A stretch of DNA of 64,000 nucleotides, taken from the NCBI GenBank assembly GCA_051294905.1, contig CM119371.1, positions 29,576,001 to 29,640,000 on the forward strand, in the 5' to 3' direction. The notes below the pieces were generated by a model that worked only from the letters and a program-made list of their open reading frames with translations, had not been told where the DNA came from and did not search any database. Below are positions 23,310-34,584 of the stretch, in pieces. Made by a program: the position numbers and the translations under genes. This DNA is from Botryllus schlosseri. Taxonomy: Eukaryota. The first letter of the stretch is position 1. The number at the start of each line of letters is the position of its first letter.

Positions 23310-24641
23310 ATGGCTTTTAGTCGAACCGAGGCTTGTGCAGAGGATTTGCAGCGACGTGATGACGCCAAGAAAAATGTCTGTGAGATCTGTGGCATGGAAT
23401 TCAGTGCCAAGTATAACTTGCGAACGCACGTGAAGATTCACATTGGAGTGAAAGACCACGTGTGCGATATATGTGGGAAGGCATTCATATCCGCCAGTGA
23501 GGTGAAACAGCATATGAGATATCACACCGGACGTAAAGAGTGCATGTGTGAGATATGTGGGAAAGTATTCCCGGAAAAAAGAAACCTGGGACAACACATG
23601 AAAATTCACAGCACGGGTAAAAAGTTTGAATGTGATGTATGTGGAAGAGCATTCATTTCTGTTACTGCGACCAAAGCACACATGCGAGGTCACCACCGAC
23701 TCACGGATTTCATGTGCGAAATATGTGGAAAAGCATTCTCCAGCAGAGGAAAAATGACGAAACACGAGAGAATTCACACTGGAGTTAAGAGTTTTGTGTG
23801 CGAGATATGTGGGAAAGGATTTATTTACGCGGGTGATTATAGGAAACATGTTATAATTCACGTCGGACTTAAAGAATGGAAGTGCCAAATATGCGGGAAA
23901 GCTTTCGCTCAGAGGAGACATCTCAGACAACACATGAAGATTCACACTAGCGTTAAACGGTTTAAGTGCGAAATATGCGGCATGGATTTTACGAAAAAGA
24001 GCGGCTTAAAATGTCATTCGGTAATTCACACAAACGATCAAAGATATCGATGCGATATCTGCGACAGACGATTTCGTTTTAAAAATGTTTACAATAGCCA
24101 TATCTTGAATCATTTTGACGCAAAAAACTACAAATGCGATATTTGCGGCAATGAGTTTCGTCGAAAGGGGCAATTGGTTTCGCACGCCGCAATTCATTTC
24201 GTTCTGAAGGAAAAGAAGCATGGCTGTGAGATCTGCGGGAAAGTATATAGCACGCGACATTGCCTGAGACTGCATTTTAAAAGAACTCATACCAAGACTG
24301 AGGAATATCTATGTGAAATATGCGGAAGGGCGTTTCGCGTCAAACCCGACTTAAAAAAACATTCACTGATTCACATCGACCTGAAGCAGCATTCCTGTCT
24401 TATTTGCAACAAGGAGTTTCGTTGTAAATATAACTTGAAGAAGCACTATCGAATTCATTACGACATTAAAATGTTTAAATGTGATGCATGCGGGAAGAAA
24501 GTTCGTGAAAAAAACTATTTGAAGACGCATATGTTAATTCATTTCAATGTAAAAGACCATAAGTGCGAGATTTGCAACAGGGATTTTCGTCATAAGCACG
24601 GTTTAACGTCACACATGCTAATTCATGTTTCCAAAGACTAA
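23310..24641 (+). CDS. Tandem C2H2 zinc-finger protein ZNF-B, 443 aa, 15 fingers
   Basis: ATG start, 23-aa leader, 15 fingers with all Zn ligands present (finger 11 is H-x4-H). Confidence 0.92.
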   Translation: MAFSRTEACAEDLQRRDDAKKNVCEICGMEFSAKYNLRTHVKIHIGVKDHVCDICGKAFISASEVKQHMRYHTGRKECMCEICGKVFPEKRNLGQHMKIHSTGKKFECDVCGRAFISVTATKAHMRGHHRLTDFMCEICGKAFSSRGKMTKHERIHTGVKSFVCEICGKGFIYAGDYRKHVIIHVGLKEWKCQICGKAFAQRRHLRQHMKIHTSVKRFKCEICGMDFTKKSGLKCHSVIHTNDQRYRCDICDRRFRFKNVYNSHILNHFDAKNYKCDICGNEFRRKGQLVSHAAIHFVLKEKKHGCEICGKVYSTRHCLRLHFKRTHTKTEEYLCEICGRAFRVKPDLKKHSLIHIDLKQHSCLICNKEFRCKYNLKKHYRIHYDIKMFKCDACGKKVREKNYLKTHMLIHFNVKDHKCEICNRDFRHKHGLTSHMLIHVSKD

Positions 24642-24647
24642 ATATAA

Positions 24648-25050
24648 TAGGGTTACCATATTTTGGAAGTCTGAAAAGAGGACACTTTTTCAACATTTTC
24701 AGATTTGCGATACCGGAGGAAAATACCGAAAAATGGTAAATATTTTGCACTTCGCGGTCGGTTGACAAAGTCAACTTTCTGGTTCATCTCCAGAAATACA
24801 TGTTTTTCTTTCACATTATCAGTTGGTAGACTAAAAATAGGTCAACTTTCCGACTCGGATCCCAAAATAACCACCGTAGCGTTACTTCAATTCAATTCAA
24901 TTTACTGTATCTCAGTCGACTTTGCCTTATATTTAACCAAAATTCTCAAAAAAGATGACTAAATCTCAAGAAAGAGGACATTTGGGCGTCTTCCGAGGGC
25001 ACTTTCAAAAAAGTCAAAAAAGAAGACAAATCCTCTTAAAAGAGGACGCA
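24648..25050. mobile_element. hAT (Blackjack-like) MITE lacking its right terminus
   Basis: Begins TAGGGTTACCATA with AAAGAGGACA subterminal repeats at both ends; the expected TGGTAACCCTA end is absent. Confidence 0.65.
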
Positions 25051-25332
25051 TTGAAGAATTGATGCACGAGGTCGCGTGCTCGAAATTCGAAACATTTGAC
25101 GCATATGGGATTTATGGTTAGTGAAAGATATGATGCTTAGTCGATATTGTCGATTTATATATGACAAGGCGACGACCAACAGTAAGCCACGTTAAAACAT
25201 AACAATGGGTGTCATGTTTAGGTATGGTTTTCCGTGCTCACTACTATGATATATATTTCCTTCGGCGTCATGTTCTTAATACGATGTGTAGTAATTTTTT
25301 ACGCTTAAATTGGTTGTAACTATATTCTAGAC

Positions 25333-26541
25333 CAGTGGTTCTTAAACTGGGGGGCGCGAAGCTGCAGTCAGTCAACTGAAATATTCCCTTTGCGCTCTGT
25401 GCGATTTATCTTCATTTCATTATTATTGCTCTGTGTATAGTCCTAATTTCATATCTGAGAATTTTCTCATCGACAGTCATAACCTTCCATGCCATAAAAT
25501 TATTCGTTGGGATTGGTATCATTCTGGCTACATTCTGTGACATGACGATAAGAGGGACGAGCGCAAATGCTTCGCTATCATGAAGGGGCGTGTGTCTAAA
25601 AAAGAGAGAGTTTCTACCGTCAAAGTTAAATCCTAATCTAAATGTATAGACAAATTTTATGCGCCAAAAATGTATCCAAGTTTTCCAACCTGAGAAAGAC
25701 TATCATGAAACGACTTGTTCTGTTCGGGTCTACATATATATTTACGAACAAACATTTTCGACCATGAACAATTGAACATTAACACGACAAGGCTGCATAC
25801 CAATATAACTTGTGATATGAATTTCAGGATTGGAGCGTAATGCTTTGACAGCACCGAAACAGTCCTTGTTAATCAAAAAACCAGTCTTGTCAATAGGGTA
25901 TCCGCAATAAGAATGCGCCCAATCTGATAGCTGTGCTTTAAGAGTAGGTATATCATTGTCTGATTTATGACGAGTGTCAGCCGTAAATATTCGGGCTCTT
26001 TTCAATATGAATATACTATTCAATTGTATATTGAAGTTCTGTACCTCCAAGAAGCTGTTCAAATAGTGGTTATGTATATCACAGGATGAATGAATTTCGT
26101 GGCGAGGTTTCAATCCTGCATTGAGACATATTAGGGAAATACTTCGGAAATTTTTATTTCAGACGACTGTTCACTAATTTGATGACAACTGCAAATCGAG
26201 AAGGTTTCGCAGACATTACGACGTCCCCCTGATTGACGTTACTATCTCCATATTTATATTTTAACCCCAAACCCCAACAAAACGTCTCTAAACAGCAATA
26301 TGTTTGTATCAGCTGGTTATTGGAAAATGTACAATGAAAATGAATTTCCACACAACGATAGCTCATATCAGACGATTATTATGATAATATGAGTCATGCG
26401 GTTTTAGCAGTTGTGGTGCGAAACTGCCTTATGCTTTCTCAAATTAAAAAATAAAATAAAAATCAGGTTATCAATCATTTTAAAAATTTAGAGGTCTCGC
26501 GGACCCCTAGGGGTCCGCGGACCCCCGGTTGAGAACCGCTG
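25333..26541. mobile_element. Composite hAT insertion containing a Penelope-like fragment
   Basis: Outer ends CAGTGGTTCTTAA and GGTTGAGAACCGCTG with 7/8 TSD (TTCTAGAC/TTCTAAAC). Left part matches 34764-35034; right part matches the left end of 32166-33014 inverted. Confidence 0.65.
25640..26070 (-). mobile_element. Penelope-like fragment (RT-upstream region) with inverted pseudo-LTR piece
   Basis: Minus-strand LKAQLSDWAHSY...AVKALRSNPEIHIT abuts a plus-strand copy of the family 3' motif (25968-26070) also seen at 5217 and 12036. Confidence 0.6.
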
Positions 26542-26917
26542 TTCTAAACCTTTATATAGTTTGTAAATTATTGATTGATTGTTTGTTTGTTTCTGCGTTA
26601 TGTTACAGTGTAACGGCATTTGGTGTAACACTTTTACTCGGTGCTTTTTTAGGCTATACGGCCACCAACAATAAATGTTTACCCTGCAGGTACATATAGT
26701 CGAAATACATGTCGAAATACAAATAATTTCTTCTAAATCAATACTAGCCAGTCTTCAGGATTACCGGACCACGATCTAACATTGACATCGCCCTCCGCCA
26801 CATGCCACCCCATTTTGTCGCTTGCGTCTTTTATTCTCTGCAATACTTTTCATTCAGTGTACACTGCACATGCCTTTTATTTACTTCGCCTAGGCTAAGG
26901 TGGGTGTCTGATCTTAA

Positions 26918-29900
26918 CCCTTTTAATAGGGGGTCAGATTTTGCAGAACTAACCATCACTTTTCAAATTCATACCGTGACCTCACCAAGACCTTAATCTG
27001 AGCTGTTCCAGTTTAAAAGTGGCTGGAGTATAGCCGTCTACCGTTTCCACCCTCGATTGACACCCCATGCCAATTCTAGGGTTCTTTACACGACTAAATA
27101 TACAAACTTTTTCTCTGAAAAATCTCTCTCTCTCTCTCATTTTTCCCCGACTGACCCCCAGGATAGCGTCAGAGCATAGTGTCCTATATGGTGTCGACAC
27201 AAGCAAATCGCACGGTTCAATGAAATTGTATCACGTCACAGTTTCCATTTGGCTACAGGCAATTTGACGGTGAATTTTGACCGGCTTGCCGAGCATTAAA
27301 TTTGATGAATCGGGTATCAATCGAAAGCTGACTCTGCACTGATTACGAAAATATAAATTTTATTCCGCTCGCGGCCCTGGAACCCCCACAATCAGCCCCA
27401 AATTATTCATTGTCGAGTAGATTGGCAGTGTGACGCAACAATGATGTCTGGCGAAACGAGACACTAGCTCAAGAGCAAGAATGCGGCCGAGCGGCGAGAG
27501 TGGGATCAGCTGACGCGGCGGCAACAGCAATATGAAACCGCGCCACAGAGAAACGCTGCGCTGTTGATACTTTTTCTATGCGTTTCGGTACAAGCGAGCA
27601 CACACCAGCCTTTCCTTGACTTGTAAGGGTAAAACTGGGTCCACGGAATGTAGGGCCATACCAATTTTCGCGCAATATCCTTCAGCTGATAGAGATATGT
27701 AGGCTACGTCTAAGTAGTCTACATTGGATATGTCAGATTATTATGATATCGATTGCCTTAGCCCGCTTGTTGCGTAGGGCTCCAGAGATGCGTGGCGCTG
27801 TTGATACTTTTTCTATGCGCTTCGCTAAAAGCGAGCACACACCAGCCTTTCCTTGACTTGTAAGGGTAGAACTGGGTCCACAGAATGTATTTGGTCCCTA
27901 CCAATTTTCGCGCAATCCTTCAGCTGTTAGAGATATTTTTAGTAAGAAAAATATACTTTCAAGTAATAAGATTCACTCAAGACAGCAAATTTAGATAATG
28001 TAAAAATATCATATTGTAGTAATACAACTACAGTGTTGAGTTTTCACTCTAGTCCCCATTAGCACCACGTCGGTGACCTTGCCAAATTCCGAGGAGGCGA
28101 AAAAGTGCAAACTCTGTTGGGCCGAATGGACAATGGACATTCAGTTAATCACAGATGCAAAAAAATACTGCAAATCCGTTTTACGTAAGTTACATTAGGA
28201 ATATATATACAGGCTACAAAATGAATATAATTCAAATATCTGTGATACCACTGTATTACTTTTGACGCAAAAGGTCCACGGCATTCAAAAAAACTGTTTG
28301 GTGATTGAAAAATACTAAACCAAATTCCAACGTCAACGTTTATAGTGATATCAGATATATTTCAGTGAAAAACAAATGTATGAATTTGGTGGTAACATTT
28401 TGGAATCATTTGGCAGGTATGGCCCGCAAGGTTTCTAGTAACGGATTGAATCCGGACAGCGATACCAGTTTAATTCGACACTCCTGCTGTTAAACTTTAT
28501 TCAACAATCAACATTTTACCTGCAGCATTCGCGGACCAAGTCCTACCCATACGGATCAAATAAAAGCTGGTAATGTATGCTCATGCTCAATGCTCCTTGC
28601 TCACACTTAACCATAAAAGCGACTATAGAAAGTATCGACACCCGCCATCAACAGCGCGACGTGTCTCTGGAGCCCTACGCAACAAGCAAGCTAAGGCAAT
28701 CGATATCATAATAATCTGACATATCCAATGTAGACTACTTAGACGTAGCCTACATATCTCTATCAGCTGAAGGATATTGCGCGAAAATTGGTAGGGCCCT
28801 AAGACATTCTGTGGACCCAGTTCTACCCTTACAAGTCAAGGAAAGGCTGGTGTGTGCTCGCTTGTACCGAAACGCATAGAAAAAGTATCAACAGCGCAGC
28901 GTTTCTCTGTGGCGCGGTTGCACACTGCTATTGCAGCGACGTCAGCTGATCCCACTCTCGCCGCTCGGCCGCATCCTTGCTCTTGAGCTAGTCTCTCGTT
29001 TCGCCAGACAGCATTGTTGCGTCACACTGCCAATCGACTCGACAATGAATAATTTGGGGCTGATTGTGGGGGTTCCAGGGCCGCGAGCGGAATAAAATTT
29101 ATATTTTCGTAATCAGTGCAGAGTCAGCTTTCGATTGATACCCGATTCATCAAATTTAATGCTCGGCAAGCCGGTCAAAAATCACCGTCAAATTGCCTGT
29201 AGCCAAATGGAAACTGTGACGTGATACAATTTCATTGAACCGTGCGATTTGCTTGTGTCGACGCCATATAGGACACTATGATCAGAGAGTCAAAAATGAT
29301 GCCTCAGTGCGTAGCCACCGTTGCCTGGTTTCAAACAAGCCGTCAACCATGACCGTAAACCGCGCGGCTCGCCAGATATCGAAAAATCAATATTACATAA
29401 AAAATTTACATATAGGCGTGGTCAGTGAGTGGTCATAATGGTCAAGTTCAACATCAATACTGAATCGGACCCCTACCACCTAGTTAATGGCATGAAACAA
29501 CGTGGTATACTTTCTCCTGTCATATCCCACTATTTGCAGGCATAGTAAACCAGTTTATGACACATTTTCCGTCTTGAACTTGGGCTTGAACTTGGCTATG
29601 TTCTTGAAAATCACCGAAGGGTGACCACAATTAACAAACCCCCTCAGAAAACTCCCCAGAACAAGGTTTGATGTTCCAAATGGTGATTAATCACACAGAA
29701 TACCGTGCAAGTCGACTCCTTATGTTCTGGCAGAATTTCTGACTATATTTCCCACTCGGAAAATATCTGGAAATTTCAGGCATGGGTATTTTCAGCCGAA
29801 CTCTTCATGTAAGATCGTCGGTATTTGAAAATTTTCATGCCCTATACCTTCAAATTAGGTATCATATAAATCAGAAGATAGCAGGCTTTGCATAGAAACC

Positions 29901-29987
29901 AAAAGCAGTCCGCTACGACATATATCTACGGAGAAATTGAGAGATGAACTTGAACTTGGGTCACCAGTGACCCCCCCATTAAAAGGG
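26918..29987. mobile_element. Non-autonomous piggyBac-type element
   Basis: TTAA TSD at 26914-26917 and 29988-29991; TIRs CCCTTTTAATAGGGGGTCA / TGACCCCCCCATTAAAAGGG; no transposase ORF. Confidence 0.88.
27175..29280. mobile_element. Foldback element with ~630-bp inverted arms (P/Galileo-like, tentative)
   Basis: Arms 27175-27805 and 28647-29280 are reverse complements with scattered mismatches. Termini CATAG...CTATG, flanks GTCAGAG/ATCAGAG (6/7). Internal direct repeat ~27559-27698 / ~27795-27936. Confidence 0.75.
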
Positions 29988-31513
29988 TTAATGCCTACTC
30001 CAAGTTGTTTCGACACCTTCCTATCTTTTCAGTTTATCGCAGTCCCGGGATGTTTTGAAACGATGAAAATATTAATAAACCTGATTGATTGATTGATAGT
30101 GTCGAGTGATTGATGCGCATAACACACTTACGCCAATACTTCACAGACAGTTAACTTGGTTTTGACATCGGGAACAACTAATTTGATTACAATCGTCATT
30201 CAAAAATCAGATCAACAAGAATCGAGATTACTATATCTCGGCATCCAGCGCAGCGAATACATGACTTTATTTTTTATCACGTTAGATAATAAAGAGTCTA
30301 TAACATGTGTGCAAGTTGTTAAATCAATTTTGAATGATGCCCATCTCTAGAGATAAGTTGCCAATTTTCTTTAGTCAGATACCCTTGAGCATGAATATTT
30401 TGCACAACATTTATTGAGTTACCAGGATTTACGTTTCTATTACGACTGAAGAGATTTCCGTAGCTGTTACCTATTAGGGTCGGTAATCAGATATCGCAAT
30501 CCATTGATAAGCCTCGTCGCCTTTGTTATCAGTTCTGGATAACAAGGTATGCATCGCAACTAATTTACAAAGTATATGTATGTTGTGATGTTTTATGTGA
30601 GCTTTATACGGCATGGACACGAGCCGGACTGGATATATGTCCAGATTTCCACATCTTCTGGCCTCAGCTGGAAAAGATCCAGATTCATAGTTTTTCCGAT
30701 ACGATCAGAGCCATATCGGGCGGGATTCGTACTTTTTTGATACCACCTGAGTCGCTATTAAGGTTATGATGATGATGAGCCATGAGCATGGCTGTTGTAA
30801 TTACCAATCATGCACAGCACGCCAGTAGCCGCGAATACAAACCTGTGTTCAATACATACCTGTGAGTTTTTAATGCCATGTTTCTGTTGTTTCGATATAC
30901 AATATATAACCTGAACGAGTACCGTATGATCCATATTTTTAGTAGTTGAGTGGGAACAGTTACTCGTAGCTAATTTACTGGAGTTTTTCCGATCGGATCT
31001 TGGTCATTTGAAAAATTCGGCTAGGAGTCGCAATAGAGAATTCACCAATTCACAACTTACTATCTTTAATTAATAAGGTTCACATCACTTGAGGACCAGT
31101 GACAGAGCATGGGAATATCAAACTGAGCGATGTGGGGCGGCGGTCGATATTTACTGTGCGAATCCTGAGTTGTTATTTCATATTAAATATCTCAGGTTGT
31201 ATAACAAGATGCTGGAAGAAACATGTAACTGATATTACATCGTCTCATGTATGTCCATGTCCATTGTCCAGACCCAGACGTACTGATTGAAATGCTGCAA
31301 TTCAAGACATGTTTCCACTGCAATGATACTAATTGGGAGTGGCCAAATTGAGTGATTTCGAATCGAATATTAGACTTCGATTTGGGCGGAATATTTGAAT
31401 ATCGCTCCTTTTGACGTCGTGACAGCGTGAATGCTTAGTAGTTCAAACATATGTATTTCATCGACCACAGATAAACGAATCTACGCTACACAGCACATCT
31501 AAGAGATTTCCAT

Positions 31514-31794
31514 GTGGCGAGATGGCGCAGTGGTATAATCCGCGGCTGTAACTCCAATGGGTGCGGGTTCGAGTCCGACCGAGGTCGACTTCCGAATTCC
31601 GATACCCGAGGGTTGGAGGTTTACCTAGGCTCCTCCTCCTCACCTCGTCTGTGTCAGCGGTGTCTTACAAAAAGCCTAGATGTGGGTCGTGCTATAAGTC
31701 GGCAGTAACGAAAAATAAGAATAATATCGGCCTGGTGTAAATGACCATAGTAGTCGACAAACACCATGAATACCCAATAACAAACAAAGAAACA
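31514..31794 (+). mobile_element. tRNA-derived SINE, full length
   Basis: A box TGGCGCAGTGG (31523-31533), B box GGTTCGAGTCC (31566-31576), ~200-bp body, A-rich tail, imperfect 13-bp TSD (AAGAGATTTCCAT/AAGATATTTCGAT). Second copy at 41281-42521. Confidence 0.85.
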
Positions 31795-32165
31795 AAGATA
31801 TTTCGATATTCTAACGACTACTACACAAAAATATCAAAAGTGATTACTCACATACACGCTAGAGGTGTTATTGCCATAATGTTACACGTATTCTATTTGT
31901 TTGTGCTATCGGAAAGCTCTTTTACACTGTAACATTTCTGTTTCGGACATTGGGCCACCAAGCGCACAATATGCAGCACCAGTAATCATAAAACTTCTCC
32001 ATAACAAAAGCTATTTGCATCGTAGAGAGAAGTTGTTCAAAAAAAAGAGCCAGAAAATAGCTTGGTATGATGGCATGGAAGGAAGTAACGGTTGTGAAGC
32101 GAAACCTTGTAATTTTTATTGCTGAGAGACTTGAGAGCTTTAAAATATCGACTGATACTATAGAA

Positions 32166-33014
32166 CAGTGGTTCTCAACTGGGGGCCGCGAAGCATTCTC
32201 AGGAGGTCCGCAAAGCCTATCAATTTAAATAATAGTTGATAACCTAATTTGGATATTTTTATTTAGGAACACCACGAGGCAGTTTCGCTTCATTACTAGT
32301 GAAAATCCAGAACTGAAATCAACACAGTGGCCATCTGAGATAAAATATCCTACTGTGCAGACTAATTTTGATTGCTAAATTAGCAATAGTTTACTGATAC
32401 AAATATTTTGCTGTTTAGAGATGTTTTGTTTGGGATCGTGGAACAAATAGAAAAGGTTGGACTAGTAAGATCAATCACGGTGACTTCGATATGCTTGCAA
32501 AAATCCATTTTCTACTGCGATATACATAGCTATTTTCTATTATAACTTCAAGATGAGCTGCTAGATAAAAATAACCAGGTTTGACGTTATTTTTTCATTT
32601 TGAGAATTCTGGTGCCATATTTGTTGTGATCACACCCAAATGTGTCCTCAGAAGCGTTACGCGATATTGTTACGTTCGTCACCACCTATCTTCGTGGAAA
32701 TTGGTCTTCCTTGCTCGTTCATATTAAAGCGAAGGCGCGGATTTTTCAAGACACGATAATGCCTTTCAAGGAATGCAGTTGCAGAATTCGCTTTTAAATA
32801 ATCAAAGTCAACACTATTCCTACATGAATAGTATGGTGTTATTGTCAAGAAACGTCATTCTGCTGCTGTTTATCACTGGCCTACAGTGATTTGCACAAGA
32901 CAGATGTCGATTGCACGATAATCGAGATCAATTTGAACTGAAACTTTGGGGGTCTGCGGGGGTCCGTGACTGTCCAAAAGGGATCCGCAAAGACAAAAAG
33001 GTTGAGAGCCACTG
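32166..33014. mobile_element. Non-autonomous hAT element
   Basis: TIRs CAGTGGTTCTCAAC / GTTGAGAGCCACTG, perfect TSD CTATAGAA. Confidence 0.9.
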
Positions 33015-34584
33015 CTATAGAATAAAGTCCGATCGCGGTTACTTCGATCTATTTAAGGCCGATTGACATGGGTTTACACGCGAAACCTCTGTTTGAATAT
33101 TATATTTTAGAACGCATAGTTTCGCCAGACTACGCATCGCCGCATATACGGGACGGGGACTCGAGATTGATATGGTCGCGGTATCGGTGTCGTTGGGTGT
33201 AGGCGTCGCAAGGGCAAGCTACTGCCTTTGGCGTGAAATTCGCTACATCTGCCTAATTCCAAGTTACAGAAATGGTGATTGGTGGGTTTAAATAATATCG
33301 AAGAAACGATAACCTTCAGGTATATAGACATCGTATAGTCAGATGTCCAAGTGTCCTGCCCAAGTGTTCCGTCCTATCCAAAGTGTCATGTCAAATATTA
33401 TCGCTGTGCTGCATCACACTCGCTTTTACATCTTAGCAGCGCTATGTTTTATTCTTAATACAAAATTCCAAATCTTATCAAACTATACACTGTCATCCGT
33501 TCTGTCTGTCTGTCTGACACAGGTATAGATCATAAGTCAGTTTTGTACATTCAAGTTGCCAGCCATGTCAAGACAAGGGCTGGGCTCTTGACGGTTGTGG
33601 TACTCCATTGCGAGACGAATTGTCCGAGTGAGGCCTAACCAACATATTTCTATTTTCAACAGGAGTAATATTTTATAACCAGATAATATATTCTCAATAG
33701 TATATTCCAGCAACAGTCAACTGGACAGCAGTTGCGTCGTTTCATCCCTTTTGTTCAGCTATTGTGCCCGCGTTATCCAACAATAACATTGAAACAGATT
33801 TTGCATTCGTAGGAACGGACAAACCTTCACCACTGACTCCGACTCGCTATTGATACTTTAGAACCAAGAGTTAGAGAATTAGCAAAAATATACCACAAGT
33901 TTTCCAACCACAAGTTTTCCAGGCTGCGACCGACAGAAATAAATATATGTGGCTTATTGCTTTTGCTAATAACACTTTAACATATTTTATACATAGTTAC
34001 ACCGTATTACATTGGTATTTCATTAGAGGTATTACTACGAACCTTAGCAAAATTTAAACTCATGCGTATGTCTACCTTAGCTAAAATTAATTGAAAGTCC
34101 CTCGTTAATTCCCTCCCGCCTTTCACAATGACGACAAAGCGCTGCGAAATAGTAATATTTCATATAATATTTGCATCCAATAATCTCCTAGCCATTTCGG
34201 AGCGATTGTTGAAATAAATCTCTTGGAACTTTCACTCACGATGTGTTGGAGGGCATGGAGGCATTCATCGCAATCATAGCAAATAGTCTGGTAAGGTATA
34301 GTGGCAATAGTGCGTGCATATATTTTGGTACGGTATTAATCTATTTTGAGAGGCAAATGGAGAGGCAATGTAGCTCACGACACTCACCATATCACCAAAC
34401 CTCGAATAGTGCGGCAGCGCGACCGCGGCCTTGAGCGCTCACACCGAAACGACTGAATCGGCAACCTTGGCAAACTGAGGTTGGTTTTATCTTATCTTGC
34501 AATAGCACGTGTAAGGCCTTTAACAAAAGTTAACCAAAGCAGCATTCAGTTTCGTTTTGAATTTTACTTTGAGAGGCACTATCG

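Larger units (their letters stand above)
26830..30097 (+). mobile_element. LINE/SINE 3' tail (L2/CR1-like) split by the piggyBac insertion
   Basis: 26830-26917 joined to 29992-30097 reconstitutes the sequence seen uninterrupted at 52312-52500 (-) and 52570-52752 (+); ends AATAAA plus (TTGA)n. Confidence 0.75.

Noticed and set aside
23241..23945. 234-aa and 217-aa (48285-48938) minus-strand ORFs with repeated motifs
   Set aside because: Antisense shadows of the zinc-finger repeats.
28519..28550. Possible THAP-domain start (MGRTWSAN..C) in the foldback spacer
   Set aside because: Needs a substitution and a frameshift, and no further THAP or transposase motifs were found.
31514..31590. tRNA gene
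   Set aside because: A/B boxes run into a repeated body with tail and TSD, and no clean cloverleaf is evident; it is a SINE head.
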